DNA from: Candidatus Levyibacteriota bacterium
Lineage (GTDB): Bacteria; Patescibacteriota; Microgenomatia; Levybacterales; GWA1-39-11
Reading direction: 5' to 3'
Assembly: GCA_018062815.1 (NCBI GenBank)
Contig: JAGORM010000003.1
Location: 5,378 to 69,377 of the forward strand
DNA length: 64,000 nucleotides
The notes under the pieces are model-generated. The model was not told where the DNA came from. It saw only the letters and a program-made list of their open reading frames with translations, and did no database searches. Both the position numbers and the translations under genes were made by a program. Position 1 is the first letter of the stretch, and each line of letters starts with the position of its first letter. Positions 8,563-18,860 of this stretch are shown here, piece by piece.

Positions 8563-10708
8563 AAGTACCCGGCCATTCAGAGATAATAAGCATTTCACTG
8601 TTAAGTTTTAGCTCCTGATTTATCTTTTCGGTGATAAATGGCATAAAAGGATGGATAAGTTTTAAGAGCATAAAGTATAGCGTGGTAAGTATTAAGTATG
8701 AGTCCGAGTTGATTCGGGTTTTTACATCCTCAATATAAATATCTGCAAATTCATGCCATATGAATTCATATAAACGCTCAGCAGCCAGATTAAATTGATA
8801 AGAGTCAAGGTATCTGGTAATCTCAGAGGAAAGATCTTCAGTTTTTTTGATCCATTTTTTATCTTCCTCGTTGCTTGCTCTCTTTTTTAATTCCTCCATG
8901 TTTAGTACTTTATATTCAATATTTGATACTTTTTCCTCTTGCATCTCTATGAATCGCCCAATATTCCAAATTTTATTTGTAAATTTTCTTGCTGCTTCAA
9001 GTTTCGGATAGGAAAGAGCTTGATCGTTTCCGGTTGCATTCCCATAGATGAGGGCGAAGCGTACAGCATCTGCTCCGTATTCGTCTACTAATTCTAGTGG
9101 GTTGATAACATTTCCCTTACTTTTACTCATCTTTTTCCCGTATGGATCATTTACTATCCCATGGAATAAAATGTTTTTAAATGGTATGTCATTCGTTACA
9201 TATAGGCCAAGCATGACCATTCTGGTTACCCAAGCCTTTAAAATGTCATATGCAGTTTCCATAACATCTGTAGGATAGAATTTTTCAAAATCCCGCCCAG
9301 TTGTTTTAAGTGTTAAGTATGGCCATTGGCCAGAAGAAAACCATGTGTCAAATGTATCTAGGTCTTGAGTAAGTTTAAGTGACTTACATTCTATGCACTG
9401 TCTTGGTGCTTCACCTTCAGTTACTGCCCATGCATCACAATCGTCACATTTCCAAGCCGGGATTCTGATCCCCCAGGCAATTTGTCTAGAAATATTCCAA
9501 TCACGAAGATTTTCAAGCCACTGAAAATAAATCGTCTCAAAATTTTTCGGAGTAATTTTAATTCTGCCCTCTTTTACTACCTTTATAGCATTTTCGGATA
9601 ATTGTTTTGTTTTAATAAACCATTGTTCTAGGGGAAGCGGTTCAAGTTCATGCTTGCATTTATAGCAATTTTTTTTGACAGTTGTATATTGTTTTTCTCC
9701 TTTTAGCAAATTTTTCTCATTTAATAATTGAAGTGTTTTTTCCCGTGCAGGTTTTATAAAAAGTCCGTCTATAACGCCCGTATTCATTATCTTTCCGTCA
9801 AAACCAACCACTTGAGTCCCATTTAGCATGTGTTTACTTGCAATCTCCCAGTCATCAAAATTCTGCATAGGAGTAACTTTGACAGCTCCGGTGCCAAACT
9901 CTTTATTTACAAATTCATCTTCAATTATTGGAATCTTCCGGTCAGTTAATGGAAGAAGAACATTTTTCCCAATAAGATGAGCGTATCGTGCGTCTGTTGG
10001 ATTTACCATAACAGCCACATCACCAAATAATGTTTCAGGTCTGCTTGTTGCGATAATTATTTCCCCTCCGTCCTCAAGTGGGTAAGAGATCTCATAAAGT
10101 AACCCTTGCGTTTCTTCAGTAATCACTTCAAGATCAGAAAAAGAAGTTCCATCAAATGTGCAGTAGTTAACTAATTTATAGCCTCTATAGATGAGGTTAT
10201 CATTATACATTTGATGAAAGGTTTTATAGACTAATTTAATAATTTCTGGGTCAAGCGTGTATTTTTCTCGGCTCCAGTCAAGAGAGAACCCAAGCCGTTT
10301 TAATTGTTTTTGGATTCCTCCCCTATGATCTTCTACATATTCATGAATCATTGAGTAAAGAGTTGATTGATCAAAATCTAATCTGCTTTTTCCCTCTCCT
10401 TTTAGTTTTTTTTCAAACACAAATTGAGTCTCTATGCCCGCGTGATCTGTTCCTGGAAGCCAAAGTGCTGCATAGCCTTTCATGCGATGATATCTAATTA
10501 AAATATCCTCAACGGTAAACATGGCATGACCAAAGTGAAGCGCACCATTTGCATTTGGTGGAGGGAGAATTATTGAATAGGGCTTGCCATTTGGATGAAT
10601 ATCAGGCTTAAAATATCCATTGTCTTCCCAGGAAGCATATATTTTTTCTTCTGAATTCCCATGATTGTATACTTTATCCATAATGAGGCTAATTGTAGCA
10701 TAAAACAA
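8555..10708 (-). CDS. valS: valyl-tRNA synthetase (compact form, no C-terminal coiled coil)
   Basis: HIGH region 'PPPNANGALHFGHA', 'WLPGTDHAGIETQ' (ValS signature), KMSKS 'KKMSKSKGNVINPLELVDEYGADAVRFAL'. 717 aa. Confidence 0.85.
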   Translation of the reverse strand: MFYATISLIMDKVYNHGNSEEKIYASWEDNGYFKPDIHPNGKPYSIILPPPNANGALHFGHAMFTVEDILIRYHRMKGYAALWLPGTDHAGIETQFVFEKKLKGEGKSRLDFDQSTLYSMIHEYVEDHRGGIQKQLKRLGFSLDWSREKYTLDPEIIKLVYKTFHQMYNDNLIYRGYKLVNYCTFDGTSFSDLEVITEETQGLLYEISYPLEDGGEIIIATSRPETLFGDVAVMVNPTDARYAHLIGKNVLLPLTDRKIPIIEDEFVNKEFGTGAVKVTPMQNFDDWEIASKHMLNGTQVVGFDGKIMNTGVIDGLFIKPAREKTLQLLNEKNLLKGEKQYTTVKKNCYKCKHELEPLPLEQWFIKTKQLSENAIKVVKEGRIKITPKNFETIYFQWLENLRDWNISRQIAWGIRIPAWKCDDCDAWAVTEGEAPRQCIECKSLKLTQDLDTFDTWFSSGQWPYLTLKTTGRDFEKFYPTDVMETAYDILKAWVTRMVMLGLYVTNDIPFKNILFHGIVNDPYGKKMSKSKGNVINPLELVDEYGADAVRFALIYGNATGNDQALSYPKLEAARKFTNKIWNIGRFIEMQEEKVSNIEYKVLNMEELKKRASNEEDKKWIKKTEDLSSEITRYLDSYQFNLAAERLYEFIWHEFADIYIEDVKTRINSDSYLILTTLYFMLLKLIHPFMPFITEKINQELKLNSEMLIISEWPGTYA

Positions 10709-10757
10709 ATATTAGTTATAGTAAAGTTTTTATAAGACCATTTATACAAAGTACATT

Positions 10758-10991
10758 TTATACGAGGAATAGAACCGTAAAGATTCCCAGTAGTAAGAGA
10801 GAAAAAAATACCTGAATTGATGCTGCGTCTTTGACTAGTGTTGGGAGCGTTATGTCTAGTCGTTTTGCAATTCTTAGTGTCTCTCTTTGGTGTAGGAAGT
10901 TTACCGCAAGGAGTGAAATAAAAGCGACCAAAAGAACAAGTTTTAAAATAAAAGTAATAGTTATCATATTAATTATGTAATTGAGTTCCAT
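10758..10991 (-). CDS. small hypothetical membrane protein
   Basis: 77 aa, two predicted TM helices. Overlaps the upstream gene by 23 nt. Confidence 0.3.
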   Translation of the reverse strand: MELNYIINMITITFILKLVLLVAFISLLAVNFLHQRETLRIAKRLDITLPTLVKDAASIQVFFSLLLLGIFTVLFLV

Positions 10992-11613
10992 ATTCGTTTA
11001 CTCGTGGCCTTCTTGGCATAACCCAAATTTGTTGAGATTTTAAATCAGGTAATGTGTGAAGATGTGAAGATAAATAGTTTGCAATTTTTCGGGGAGATCT
11101 TATTCCTCGGATGACAAATTCTTCTTGGTGGGTAGGTCTATCAAACGTTATTACAACATTTCCCAGATCCAATAACTCAGAAACAAATCCATAAAGCTCT
11201 GCATCAATCTCAGTGCATCTGATTTGGTCTAGGAGAACTGAATTTGAAACTTCCGAAAAAAGCGGGTTGTATTTTATTTCTATAACTTTTTTAGTAGTAA
11301 TTATGTAGAGATGAAAGTACCAATGAATAACTTCTCTTATAATAGTTCCGCTTCCGACTAATATAAATACAGAAAAAACGGCGAGGGAAAGTATCACATC
11401 TTTTAGAAGAAAGTAAGAAAGACCGGTAAAGATCATATTGATAAGGAGAGCAAATGTAGCCATTTGAATAATTCTTATAAATAATTCAGCCGCATGTTCA
11501 CGTATTGCCAAGATCAGTTCTTCTTCAGGGAAAGTTAAAAATTTTAACACTTCCTCATGCGTAAGAGTTTCTTTCAGGAAGGTTTTACTTAGTGTTTCAT
11601 TCATGTATCCCAT
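10969..11613 (-). CDS. membrane protein with bacterial PH-like domain (YdbS/YdbT-like)
   Basis: Two TM helices followed by 'KKVIEIKYNPLFSEVSNSVLLDQIRCTEIDAELYGFVSELLDLGNVVITF', typical of a bPH_2 domain. Confidence 0.4.
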   Translation of the reverse strand: MGYMNETLSKTFLKETLTHEEVLKFLTFPEEELILAIREHAAELFIRIIQMATFALLINMIFTGLSYFLLKDVILSLAVFSVFILVGSGTIIREVIHWYFHLYIITTKKVIEIKYNPLFSEVSNSVLLDQIRCTEIDAELYGFVSELLDLGNVVITFDRPTHQEEFVIRGIRSPRKIANYLSSHLHTLPDLKSQQIWVMPRRPRVNEYGTQLHN

Positions 11614-11778
11614 TGTATTACTTAAAAATTAAATCGTCTGTAATATAGATCACTAAAGATTGTAAGAATTATCACTTAATAGGCTTGTTATGGAAGAGTT
11701 GAGGAAACAAGTCTATAAAGTTGTTATAATACTTGATGAGCAGCAGAAATTGGCCAAAAAGCCTTAGACGCATTATAT

Positions 11779-13344
11779 ATGCAGACACAAATCAACCAAT
11801 ACACAAAAGAGTTATTTAAATATTTTATTAAAGAAGAGAAGAAACTTCAAAAACAAGGTCTAACCGTTAACCCTATCGTTTCAGAAATAGCATCATGGTA
11901 TGAAAAGTTAAGAAACGCAATGGAGTACAGACAGGATGAGGTCTTGCTTCAATCAACCATATTACGAATAATTAAACGAAGAATTTTATTAGGTGGCGGA
12001 AAGGGTGTAGCGGGTCCATTAGTGCGTGAGTTGATATGGGCGCGTTATCTTCCAGACGGAAGTGTTACAGAGGATTTAATTCATGCCTCACAAGACAAAA
12101 TTGATACATACCTTAAATTAAGGAGATATATTATAGATAATAAAATTCTTAAAGATGGTGAGGCAACAAAATTAGTATATGACCTTCTTTCATCTGACCT
12201 AGAGAATCTTCTTAACCCAAGACCAGACCGTGAGGCAATGAGTAACTATATCTTTCACGCACTCCACCCAAATATTACATTGGAAAATGAAACGGAAGAC
12301 ACGCTTAATATACAGTTGTTTATCGCAATAAGAAGATCATACACTAAAGACAATTTAGCTCTTTTACGGTTCAATCTTTTTAAGCAGTATTTTGGTGGGG
12401 TAACAAGTGATAGTTTTGAAAAAGTATCGTCTGGGTTTTCAGAAGCCCATTCAAGCATTGAGCGAGCGATTGAACATCCATTAAGATATAAAATTGCAAA
12501 TTACGTAAAAAGATACATCCCCCCTTTTTTAATTCTTGAAGACATTATAAGAACTCAGGAAGGAAATATTTATACACTTCTTGAGAATGAGGAAGAATTT
12601 TCAAATGTAGTAATATCTACATGCGAGAAGAAATATAGTGGAATTGCATCTAAGGTTAGGCGTGCAATTGTCAGATCAGTTGTTTTCATATTAATATCAA
12701 AGGTTCTTTTTGCTTTTGTGATAGAAGGGACATACGAAAAGTATGCATATGGTCATATTCAATGGTTAACTTTGGGACTAAATATTATTGCTCCAGTATC
12801 ACTCATGATAATTGCGAGCTTTTTTATCACCACTCCTAATAGGAGTAACTCATTAAGAATACTTCATGCCATCCGTGAGTTAATGCTCTCAAATGAACCA
12901 AGGATAGGATACTCAATTACCTTTCAGGATCCTTCAAAAAAGAAAAACACATTGTCAGACATTATTTTTGCGGTACTGTGGTTTGCAACCTTTCTTATCA
13001 GTTTTGGCTTTATTGTGTTTGTTTTAACAAAATTAGATTTCAACATAGTAAGCCAGGGTATTTTCTTGTTCTTTATCGCGATAGTTTCTTTCTTATCCTA
13101 CAGAATCAGTCAAACTGCCCATATTTATACTCTTGAGGATAAGCAAAGTATTAAAACTCTAGTTGCAGACTTCTTTTTCCTACCCGTTGCCCGCGTAGGA
13201 ATGTATTTAACAGAAGGAATATCGCAGGTAAACATAATTCTTTTTCTGTTTGACTTTGTGATAGAAACCCCTTTTAAGGGTCTTTTTGGATTTTTTGATC
13301 AGTGGTTTTTATATCTTCACTCAAAGCGTGAGAATTTAGAATAA
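11779..13344 (+). CDS. hypothetical protein, soluble N-terminal half plus polytopic C-terminal membrane domain
   Basis: 521-aa ORF. No known motif recognised. Upstream of the flippase gene. Confidence 0.45.
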   Translation: MQTQINQYTKELFKYFIKEEKKLQKQGLTVNPIVSEIASWYEKLRNAMEYRQDEVLLQSTILRIIKRRILLGGGKGVAGPLVRELIWARYLPDGSVTEDLIHASQDKIDTYLKLRRYIIDNKILKDGEATKLVYDLLSSDLENLLNPRPDREAMSNYIFHALHPNITLENETEDTLNIQLFIAIRRSYTKDNLALLRFNLFKQYFGGVTSDSFEKVSSGFSEAHSSIERAIEHPLRYKIANYVKRYIPPFLILEDIIRTQEGNIYTLLENEEEFSNVVISTCEKKYSGIASKVRRAIVRSVVFILISKVLFAFVIEGTYEKYAYGHIQWLTLGLNIIAPVSLMIIASFFITTPNRSNSLRILHAIRELMLSNEPRIGYSITFQDPSKKKNTLSDIIFAVLWFATFLISFGFIVFVLTKLDFNIVSQGIFLFFIAIVSFLSYRISQTAHIYTLEDKQSIKTLVADFFFLPVARVGMYLTEGISQVNIILFLFDFVIETPFKGLFGFFDQWFLYLHSKRENLE

Positions 13345-13376
13345 TCCTCAAGGTTTTTGCGTATAATAAGATAAGC

Positions 13377-14642
13377 ATGGTTGAACGTTCAGAATTGGTT
13401 CGGATTTTGCTAAATACAGCATCCCAAATTACTGTCCGATTTTCGGGTACTATTACTACATTTGCTACAACACTACTTATACTTTCTTTTCTGGGAGTGT
13501 CAAGCTTAGGAAGTTTTGTAAAGGTAACTTCATTTGTTGCACTTTTTTATATACTTATTGACTTTGGACTAAACACAACCTATCTGAAGGATCATTTTCA
13601 GAAGACTGAAGATTATTTTGGAAATCTAATAGTGTTAAGACTTCTTATTTCATTCGGTGTATTTTTACTTGTTTGCTGCCTTATAGTTTTTGCTCCACCA
13701 AGCTTTTCATTAGGATTTTCTCAAATAGAGAAACTAGGTGTATTTGTCTATTCATTTACTCTCTTTACTGAAGGCGTACTTATTTCTTTTTCGGGATTAA
13801 CACAAAAAAAATTATTGCAAAAAACATTAATTTTACCCAGTATTATATCCTCAATTATAGTCTTATTTTTAGTAATTTTAGGCGTTGTGTCTTCAAACTT
13901 CTTTCTTATTTTGCTCTCCTACCCAATTGGTGAGCTTGTGCAAATACTATTTCTTTTGTATTTTGTGAAAAGAAATATTTTGTTTAGAATTTTACCAGTC
14001 ACATTCTACTCCTTTTCAAAAAAAGCACTTATAGCAGCAATACCCTTGGCTCTCATGCTATTTCTAAATGTAATATATTTTAGAATTGATACTATAATTT
14101 TATCAATATATAAACCAAACGTGGACGTTGGCATATACGGATTTTCTTATAAGATTTTTGAGTTTTTGTTAGTTATTCCAACATTTCTTTCATCAAGCGT
14201 TTTCCCAATACTTATACAACATAAAGATAATGCTTATGAGTTTAGTAAAAGAGTTAAATATTACTCTGCAATCCTTTTAGGTGTTTCGTTAATTATGTCA
14301 ACATTTATTTTTTTAACAGCTCCATTTTTAGTATATTTAAAAAGTGATATAGAAGCATCCCAAGTGCCCCTTCAAATACTTGCATTTTCCCTGCCGTTTT
14401 TCTTTCTGACGAGTCTTATGCAGTGGGTATTACTATTAAAAGGGAAAATACGAAGTTTAATTATTATATATTTCCTAACGATGTGTATAAACATAGGCCT
14501 GAATGTAGTACTTGTCCCAATTTTTTCGTATAATGCATCTGCTGCGGTTACTGTAGCTACAGAAATTCTTGTTTTTTTCTGTATGCTACCTGTGTTTATA
14601 TTTGTATCCATGGAAAATTCTACGAAACATAAAAGCAAATAG
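13377..14642 (+). CDS. polysaccharide/oligosaccharide flippase (Wzx/MurJ-like MOP superfamily)
   Basis: 421 aa, about 12 TM helices. Glycine/charged loop pattern as in Wzx/MOP exporters. Confidence 0.55.
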   Translation: MVERSELVRILLNTASQITVRFSGTITTFATTLLILSFLGVSSLGSFVKVTSFVALFYILIDFGLNTTYLKDHFQKTEDYFGNLIVLRLLISFGVFLLVCCLIVFAPPSFSLGFSQIEKLGVFVYSFTLFTEGVLISFSGLTQKKLLQKTLILPSIISSIIVLFLVILGVVSSNFFLILLSYPIGELVQILFLLYFVKRNILFRILPVTFYSFSKKALIAAIPLALMLFLNVIYFRIDTIILSIYKPNVDVGIYGFSYKIFEFLLVIPTFLSSSVFPILIQHKDNAYEFSKRVKYYSAILLGVSLIMSTFIFLTAPFLVYLKSDIEASQVPLQILAFSLPFFFLTSLMQWVLLLKGKIRSLIIIYFLTMCINIGLNVVLVPIFSYNASAAVTVATEILVFFCMLPVFIFVSMENSTKHKSK

Positions 14643-14643
14643 T

Positions 14644-15051
14644 ATGATACTTACAATTTTTTGTGATGGAGGTAGTCGAAACAACCCGGGAGAAGCGGCA
14701 TATGGATTCGTAGTTTATGAGGGGGAAAAAGAAATCTTTAAGCATGGTGGAAGAATTGGAGTAGCAACAAACAATGTAGCGGAATATACTGCAATTGTAA
14801 AAGCTTTAATTTGGGTAAAAGAAAATATAAATTCTTGCTCAGAAATTCACTTTTTCTTAGATTCAGCTCTTGCGGTAAATCAGATGAACGGGATATTTAA
14901 AGTTAAAAACGAGGGATTGAGGAGTTTATATTTTACAGCTAAATCATTGGAAAAAATAATGAGTATAAAGACTATCTACACAGCAATCCCGCGTGAAAAG
15001 AATAAAGAAGCAGATCGCATGGTGAACCTGGCGCTTGATGGTAAAATTTAA
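14644..15051 (+). CDS. rnhA: ribonuclease HI
   Basis: 'MILTIFCDGGSRNNPGEAAYGFV...TNNVAEYTAIVKAL...FLDSALAV...NKEADRMVNLAL' with catalytic D-E-D-D residues in the canonical order. Start ATG at 14644 just after the flippase stop. Confidence 0.8.
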   Translation: MILTIFCDGGSRNNPGEAAYGFVVYEGEKEIFKHGGRIGVATNNVAEYTAIVKALIWVKENINSCSEIHFFLDSALAVNQMNGIFKVKNEGLRSLYFTAKSLEKIMSIKTIYTAIPREKNKEADRMVNLALDGKI

Positions 15052-15069
15052 TTCTTCTACAATAAGATC

Positions 15070-17709
15070 ATGCCCCACCATCTAATAGTAGAAGAGATTC
15101 AGAAAAATCCTCCACCGATTTTATTAATTGACACAAACTCAGGAATTAAAAATACATTATTAAACTTATTAGTAAAAAAAATAGGAGATAAAGGCAAGAT
15201 ATATGTATTAACTTCAAAAAAAGTAGAAGGGGTTTATGAAAAGATATCTCCTCTGGGAACCTACTTTTTTGATCATCTTTCAGACAATTTAAATCATTCA
15301 GTTGTATTTTTAGATGATATCTCACAAAAGAAAAAAGTGTTAGAAATAATTTTTAAGCTAGAAAGCAGGCAAACACGTGTAGTAGTCATCATTCCCTATA
15401 GAGTAGTTGAGCAATTTGTAGATGTAATGTTGTCTTTGCGGGATAAAAAAAATGTAATAATAGCGCTTATCGGTGATATTTACGGTTATAACAATCAGTC
15501 TACTCCCCTATCTCAGCTTATTAGTTCAGCTCTGATTGATAAGAAGATAACTATGTCCGGAGATGATCTTATGAAGATATTTCCTATTTCGGAAGTTGAT
15601 GCGGTTTCATCTATTGAGTATTTACTGTTTGGTGTAAGGAGTCCTGTATTTATCTACAATATATTTTACAAATCGCCTCAAACTCTTACGTCGTTTATTC
15701 ATATCTTAAAACGGCAAGAACCTGAACTTGCGGTAACCTATGGACGGAACAATGATAACAAAGCGCTTTTGGCAAAGCAGGATAGGACGCATTTCATTAA
15801 AGAACGATTAGCGGTAGCGCCCCATTATGTGCAGTATGGAATAGGGTTTGAGAAAAGCATAGAGCAAATGATAGATACGAAAAAACAGCAGACTACGAAA
15901 GGAAAAATGAAAAGATATAAAGAAAAAAAATATTATTTAAAAAATATTCTAAAGGTACTTAAACTTTTACTTATTGGTTTTCTTGTATATGTCTTTTTAA
16001 TGGTGATACTGTTTTTAACCAGCATTTTTACTTTTAAGCTAGGACTTCAGCAAGTTTCTAAAGGAAATTTTTCCCAATCAAGTAAATACCTATTTGCAAG
16101 TCGTGTTTTGTACGAGCTATCAAATAAAAGCATTTCTGTGTTTATTGTTTTCCCATCAGAGTTAACACAAGGGAAAATACGGGAACAGGTTACTGTATTT
16201 GGAGATATGGTAAAAATATCAAATGAAATAATTTTAGTTATTTCTGAATTTGAAAAAAAGGATACTACAATAACACAGGATAAATTAAAGAATGTCTTTA
16301 CTACATTTACCCAGTTGTATTTTCTTCTTGAAAGATCAGATATTCCTGAGTATGGTAAAAGTGCCATTCTTTCGATGCTTTCTAGTTCTTCAAGTGTTCT
16401 TCCTCTTCTACCCGTTATGTCATCTTCGTTGGGATTTGAAGGAGAAAAAACGTATCTTATACTTTTTCAAAACAATACAGAGCTTAGGCCAACAGGTGGG
16501 TTTGTGGGGTCTGTCGGCAAATTAACACTTATTGACGGGAAAATTAAGGAACTAAGAATACAGGATGTATATGATTTGGACGGACAGTTAAAGGGGCACG
16601 TTGAGCCACATTATATAATACGCAGATATCTGCAGCCACATTTGTATCTTAGGGATAGTAACTTTTCACCTGACTTTTCAGCATCAGCAAGTATGTCCGC
16701 CTTGTTATATAGCTTGGAAGGTGGAGGGGAAGTAGACGGAGTTATAGCAGTAGATACAGCGATATTAATAAAGGCACTGGAGATAACAGGTCCTATAACT
16801 ATGCCTTCAGGTGATACCATAACCAGTAAAAACGTTGTCGACTTATTAGATAAAACAATACATGATGATTTTTTTCCGGGATCCAGCACAAAGAAAGATA
16901 CACTGAATACTCTTCTTAATAAAATAATGATTGTATTTGAAAACGACAAGCAGAAGACAGTAAAGTTAATAAACGCTCTTCTCCCGCTTTTATCTGAGAA
17001 GCATATATTATTTTCATTTATAAATAATTCCACTCAAAAGGCTTTCGTTGCAGCAGGGCTTGCAGGAAGCATGTCAGATGCAAGAGGTGAAAATTACGGG
17101 GTATCCGATTTCCTGTCTATAAACGAGGCAAATATAGGAGTTAATAAAGCGAATAAGCATATAGAAAGAAAAGTTTTGTACTCCGCATATATTGAACCGG
17201 GAATTCTTAACTCTGATGTTCTGGTTGAATACCAAAATAAAGGTGATCAGGCATATAAAACATACATACGTTTTATAGTTCCTCAAGACACACAAGAAGT
17301 AAGCATATTTATTGATGGTGTAAAGCAAGAGATTGTTCCTGCGGTAACTTCCCCTGCTCAGTATGAAAGGTTAGGGTTTAAGCCACCTGTTGGTCTTGAA
17401 GTAGATCAAGAAATTGACGCAAATAACCACAAGGTGTTTGGATTTATTGCAACAGTTACAGCTCATACAACAAGCAGGATAAGGGTTTTATATGGGAATA
17501 ATAAAATAGTTCCTAAGACGGGTAAAATACTTTACTCATTTCTTTATGTAAAACAACCAGGGACAGATAAGTATCCACTTACCGTTCAGCTGCAATCAGA
17601 TCCTAAGCTTACCGTGAGCAATAAAGAAAGTAGGGATGTTATCTTATTTAATGACTATATTTTGGGGGATAAAGAATTTACAAGAGAGTTAGTTCAGATA
17701 AAGGATTAA
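15070..17709 (+). CDS. DUF4012-family large membrane-anchored extracytoplasmic protein
   Basis: 879 aa. N-terminal cytoplasmic region, one TM, then the 'LFQNNTELRPTGGFVGSVG' motif characteristic of DUF4012. Confidence 0.6.
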   Translation: MPHHLIVEEIQKNPPPILLIDTNSGIKNTLLNLLVKKIGDKGKIYVLTSKKVEGVYEKISPLGTYFFDHLSDNLNHSVVFLDDISQKKKVLEIIFKLESRQTRVVVIIPYRVVEQFVDVMLSLRDKKNVIIALIGDIYGYNNQSTPLSQLISSALIDKKITMSGDDLMKIFPISEVDAVSSIEYLLFGVRSPVFIYNIFYKSPQTLTSFIHILKRQEPELAVTYGRNNDNKALLAKQDRTHFIKERLAVAPHYVQYGIGFEKSIEQMIDTKKQQTTKGKMKRYKEKKYYLKNILKVLKLLLIGFLVYVFLMVILFLTSIFTFKLGLQQVSKGNFSQSSKYLFASRVLYELSNKSISVFIVFPSELTQGKIREQVTVFGDMVKISNEIILVISEFEKKDTTITQDKLKNVFTTFTQLYFLLERSDIPEYGKSAILSMLSSSSSVLPLLPVMSSSLGFEGEKTYLILFQNNTELRPTGGFVGSVGKLTLIDGKIKELRIQDVYDLDGQLKGHVEPHYIIRRYLQPHLYLRDSNFSPDFSASASMSALLYSLEGGGEVDGVIAVDTAILIKALEITGPITMPSGDTITSKNVVDLLDKTIHDDFFPGSSTKKDTLNTLLNKIMIVFENDKQKTVKLINALLPLLSEKHILFSFINNSTQKAFVAAGLAGSMSDARGENYGVSDFLSINEANIGVNKANKHIERKVLYSAYIEPGILNSDVLVEYQNKGDQAYKTYIRFIVPQDTQEVSIFIDGVKQEIVPAVTSPAQYERLGFKPPVGLEVDQEIDANNHKVFGFIATVTAHTTSRIRVLYGNNKIVPKTGKILYSFLYVKQPGTDKYPLTVQLQSDPKLTVSNKESRDVILFNDYILGDKEFTRELVQIKD

Positions 17710-17735
17710 GAATTATATATCAAAAAACTCAATTT

Positions 17736-18743
17736 CTAGTCACTGAATTCCTGGACAAACATTTTCCCGTATACTCCAGCGTCTATAACACCGACTCCAA
17801 CTTTGTTAAATGACTCATCTAAAATATTTTTTCTGTGTCCATCACTTTTCATAAGTCCTGACATTGCCAAATCTACTTCTGGTGCAAATGCTAGGTTTTC
17901 TGCTGCGCTTGTGTATGAGATTGAATTATTTTCCAGTCTATCAAAGGGTGATAACCCCTCAGGAGTATAATGTGAAAAGTATCCTCGGACTAGCATATCT
18001 TTTGCATGCGCACGTGCGTCAAGCGTAAGTGCAGTATCTAATAGAACTGCAGGAATACCTTTCTTCTTTCTTTCAGCATTTATAAGTGCAATCATTTTCT
18101 TTTCAGAAGTTTTGTCTATGGTTACATTATTGGTTTTAAAGTGAAGCGTGACTGTGCTGTCTGCGTCTGGCTTTATAGTTAGAAAGTTTAAGCTTTCAGA
18201 TATCGCTCCACCAAAAATTTTCCGAGTAGCAAGTTCAAATGAAAGAGTTTTTGTAAAAATAAGACGTCCGGCAAGGGAAGAACGGATTTGAGATTTTATT
18301 GCAAGTGAAACAGGAAAAGATAAAAGGATAGAGACAATAAAGGAGCAGATAAGTAAAAATGATAGTACGCCAAAAAAACCGCCCAAAAGCCTTGAGTATA
18401 TATTAGGAAATACAAGTGAAGACCTTCGGGTATAAAATGCTATAACATTTGAAGTAACAGCATACAATGCTATTGCAATAATTATAAAAGAGATAGCATC
18501 TGAAACTCCCTTAGAGAGTGAAAATGCTGCAATTAGCAAAGAAGAAAGATATGGATAGAGCAATAGCCCTCCAATAAAAGCTGCAACGATAGCTGCAAGG
18601 TTAGTTAAGGCAGGGAGTGCTCCCAGTGAGGCCTCCTCATACACATAGAAAATAAATGCAGTTGCCAAAATGATATCAAAAATATTAATGGGAAGTGAGA
18701 ATATGAGTGCTATAAATGTATGGTATACGTTTAAAAATTCCAT
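17736..18743 (-). CDS. CvpA-like membrane domain fused to an extracellular CAP/SCP (PR-1, YkwD-like) domain
   Basis: N-terminal four TM helices similar to the colicin V production protein CvpA. C-terminal 'GYFSHYTPEGLSPFDRL...AENLAF...GLMKSDGHRKNIL' CAP-domain motifs. Confidence 0.6.
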   Translation of the reverse strand: MEFLNVYHTFIALIFSLPINIFDIILATAFIFYVYEEASLGALPALTNLAAIVAAFIGGLLLYPYLSSLLIAAFSLSKGVSDAISFIIIAIALYAVTSNVIAFYTRRSSLVFPNIYSRLLGGFFGVLSFLLICSFIVSILLSFPVSLAIKSQIRSSLAGRLIFTKTLSFELATRKIFGGAISESLNFLTIKPDADSTVTLHFKTNNVTIDKTSEKKMIALINAERKKKGIPAVLLDTALTLDARAHAKDMLVRGYFSHYTPEGLSPFDRLENNSISYTSAAENLAFAPEVDLAMSGLMKSDGHRKNILDESFNKVGVGVIDAGVYGKMFVQEFSD

Positions 18744-18860
18744 AAAATTTGAATCTTGTTACAAAAAAACATATAATTTATCTAAACATATTGGGTGATG
18801 CGATATACATTATATACAGAATCTATATCCAACTCCACCGCGTAGATAAAACTCCCTATC

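Noticed and set aside
11640-11660. ATATAGATCACTA resembling the core of the 44.8-47.9 kb repeat family
   Set aside because: Only a 9-mer (AGATCACTA) is shared. This is expected by chance about once in 64 kb on two strands.
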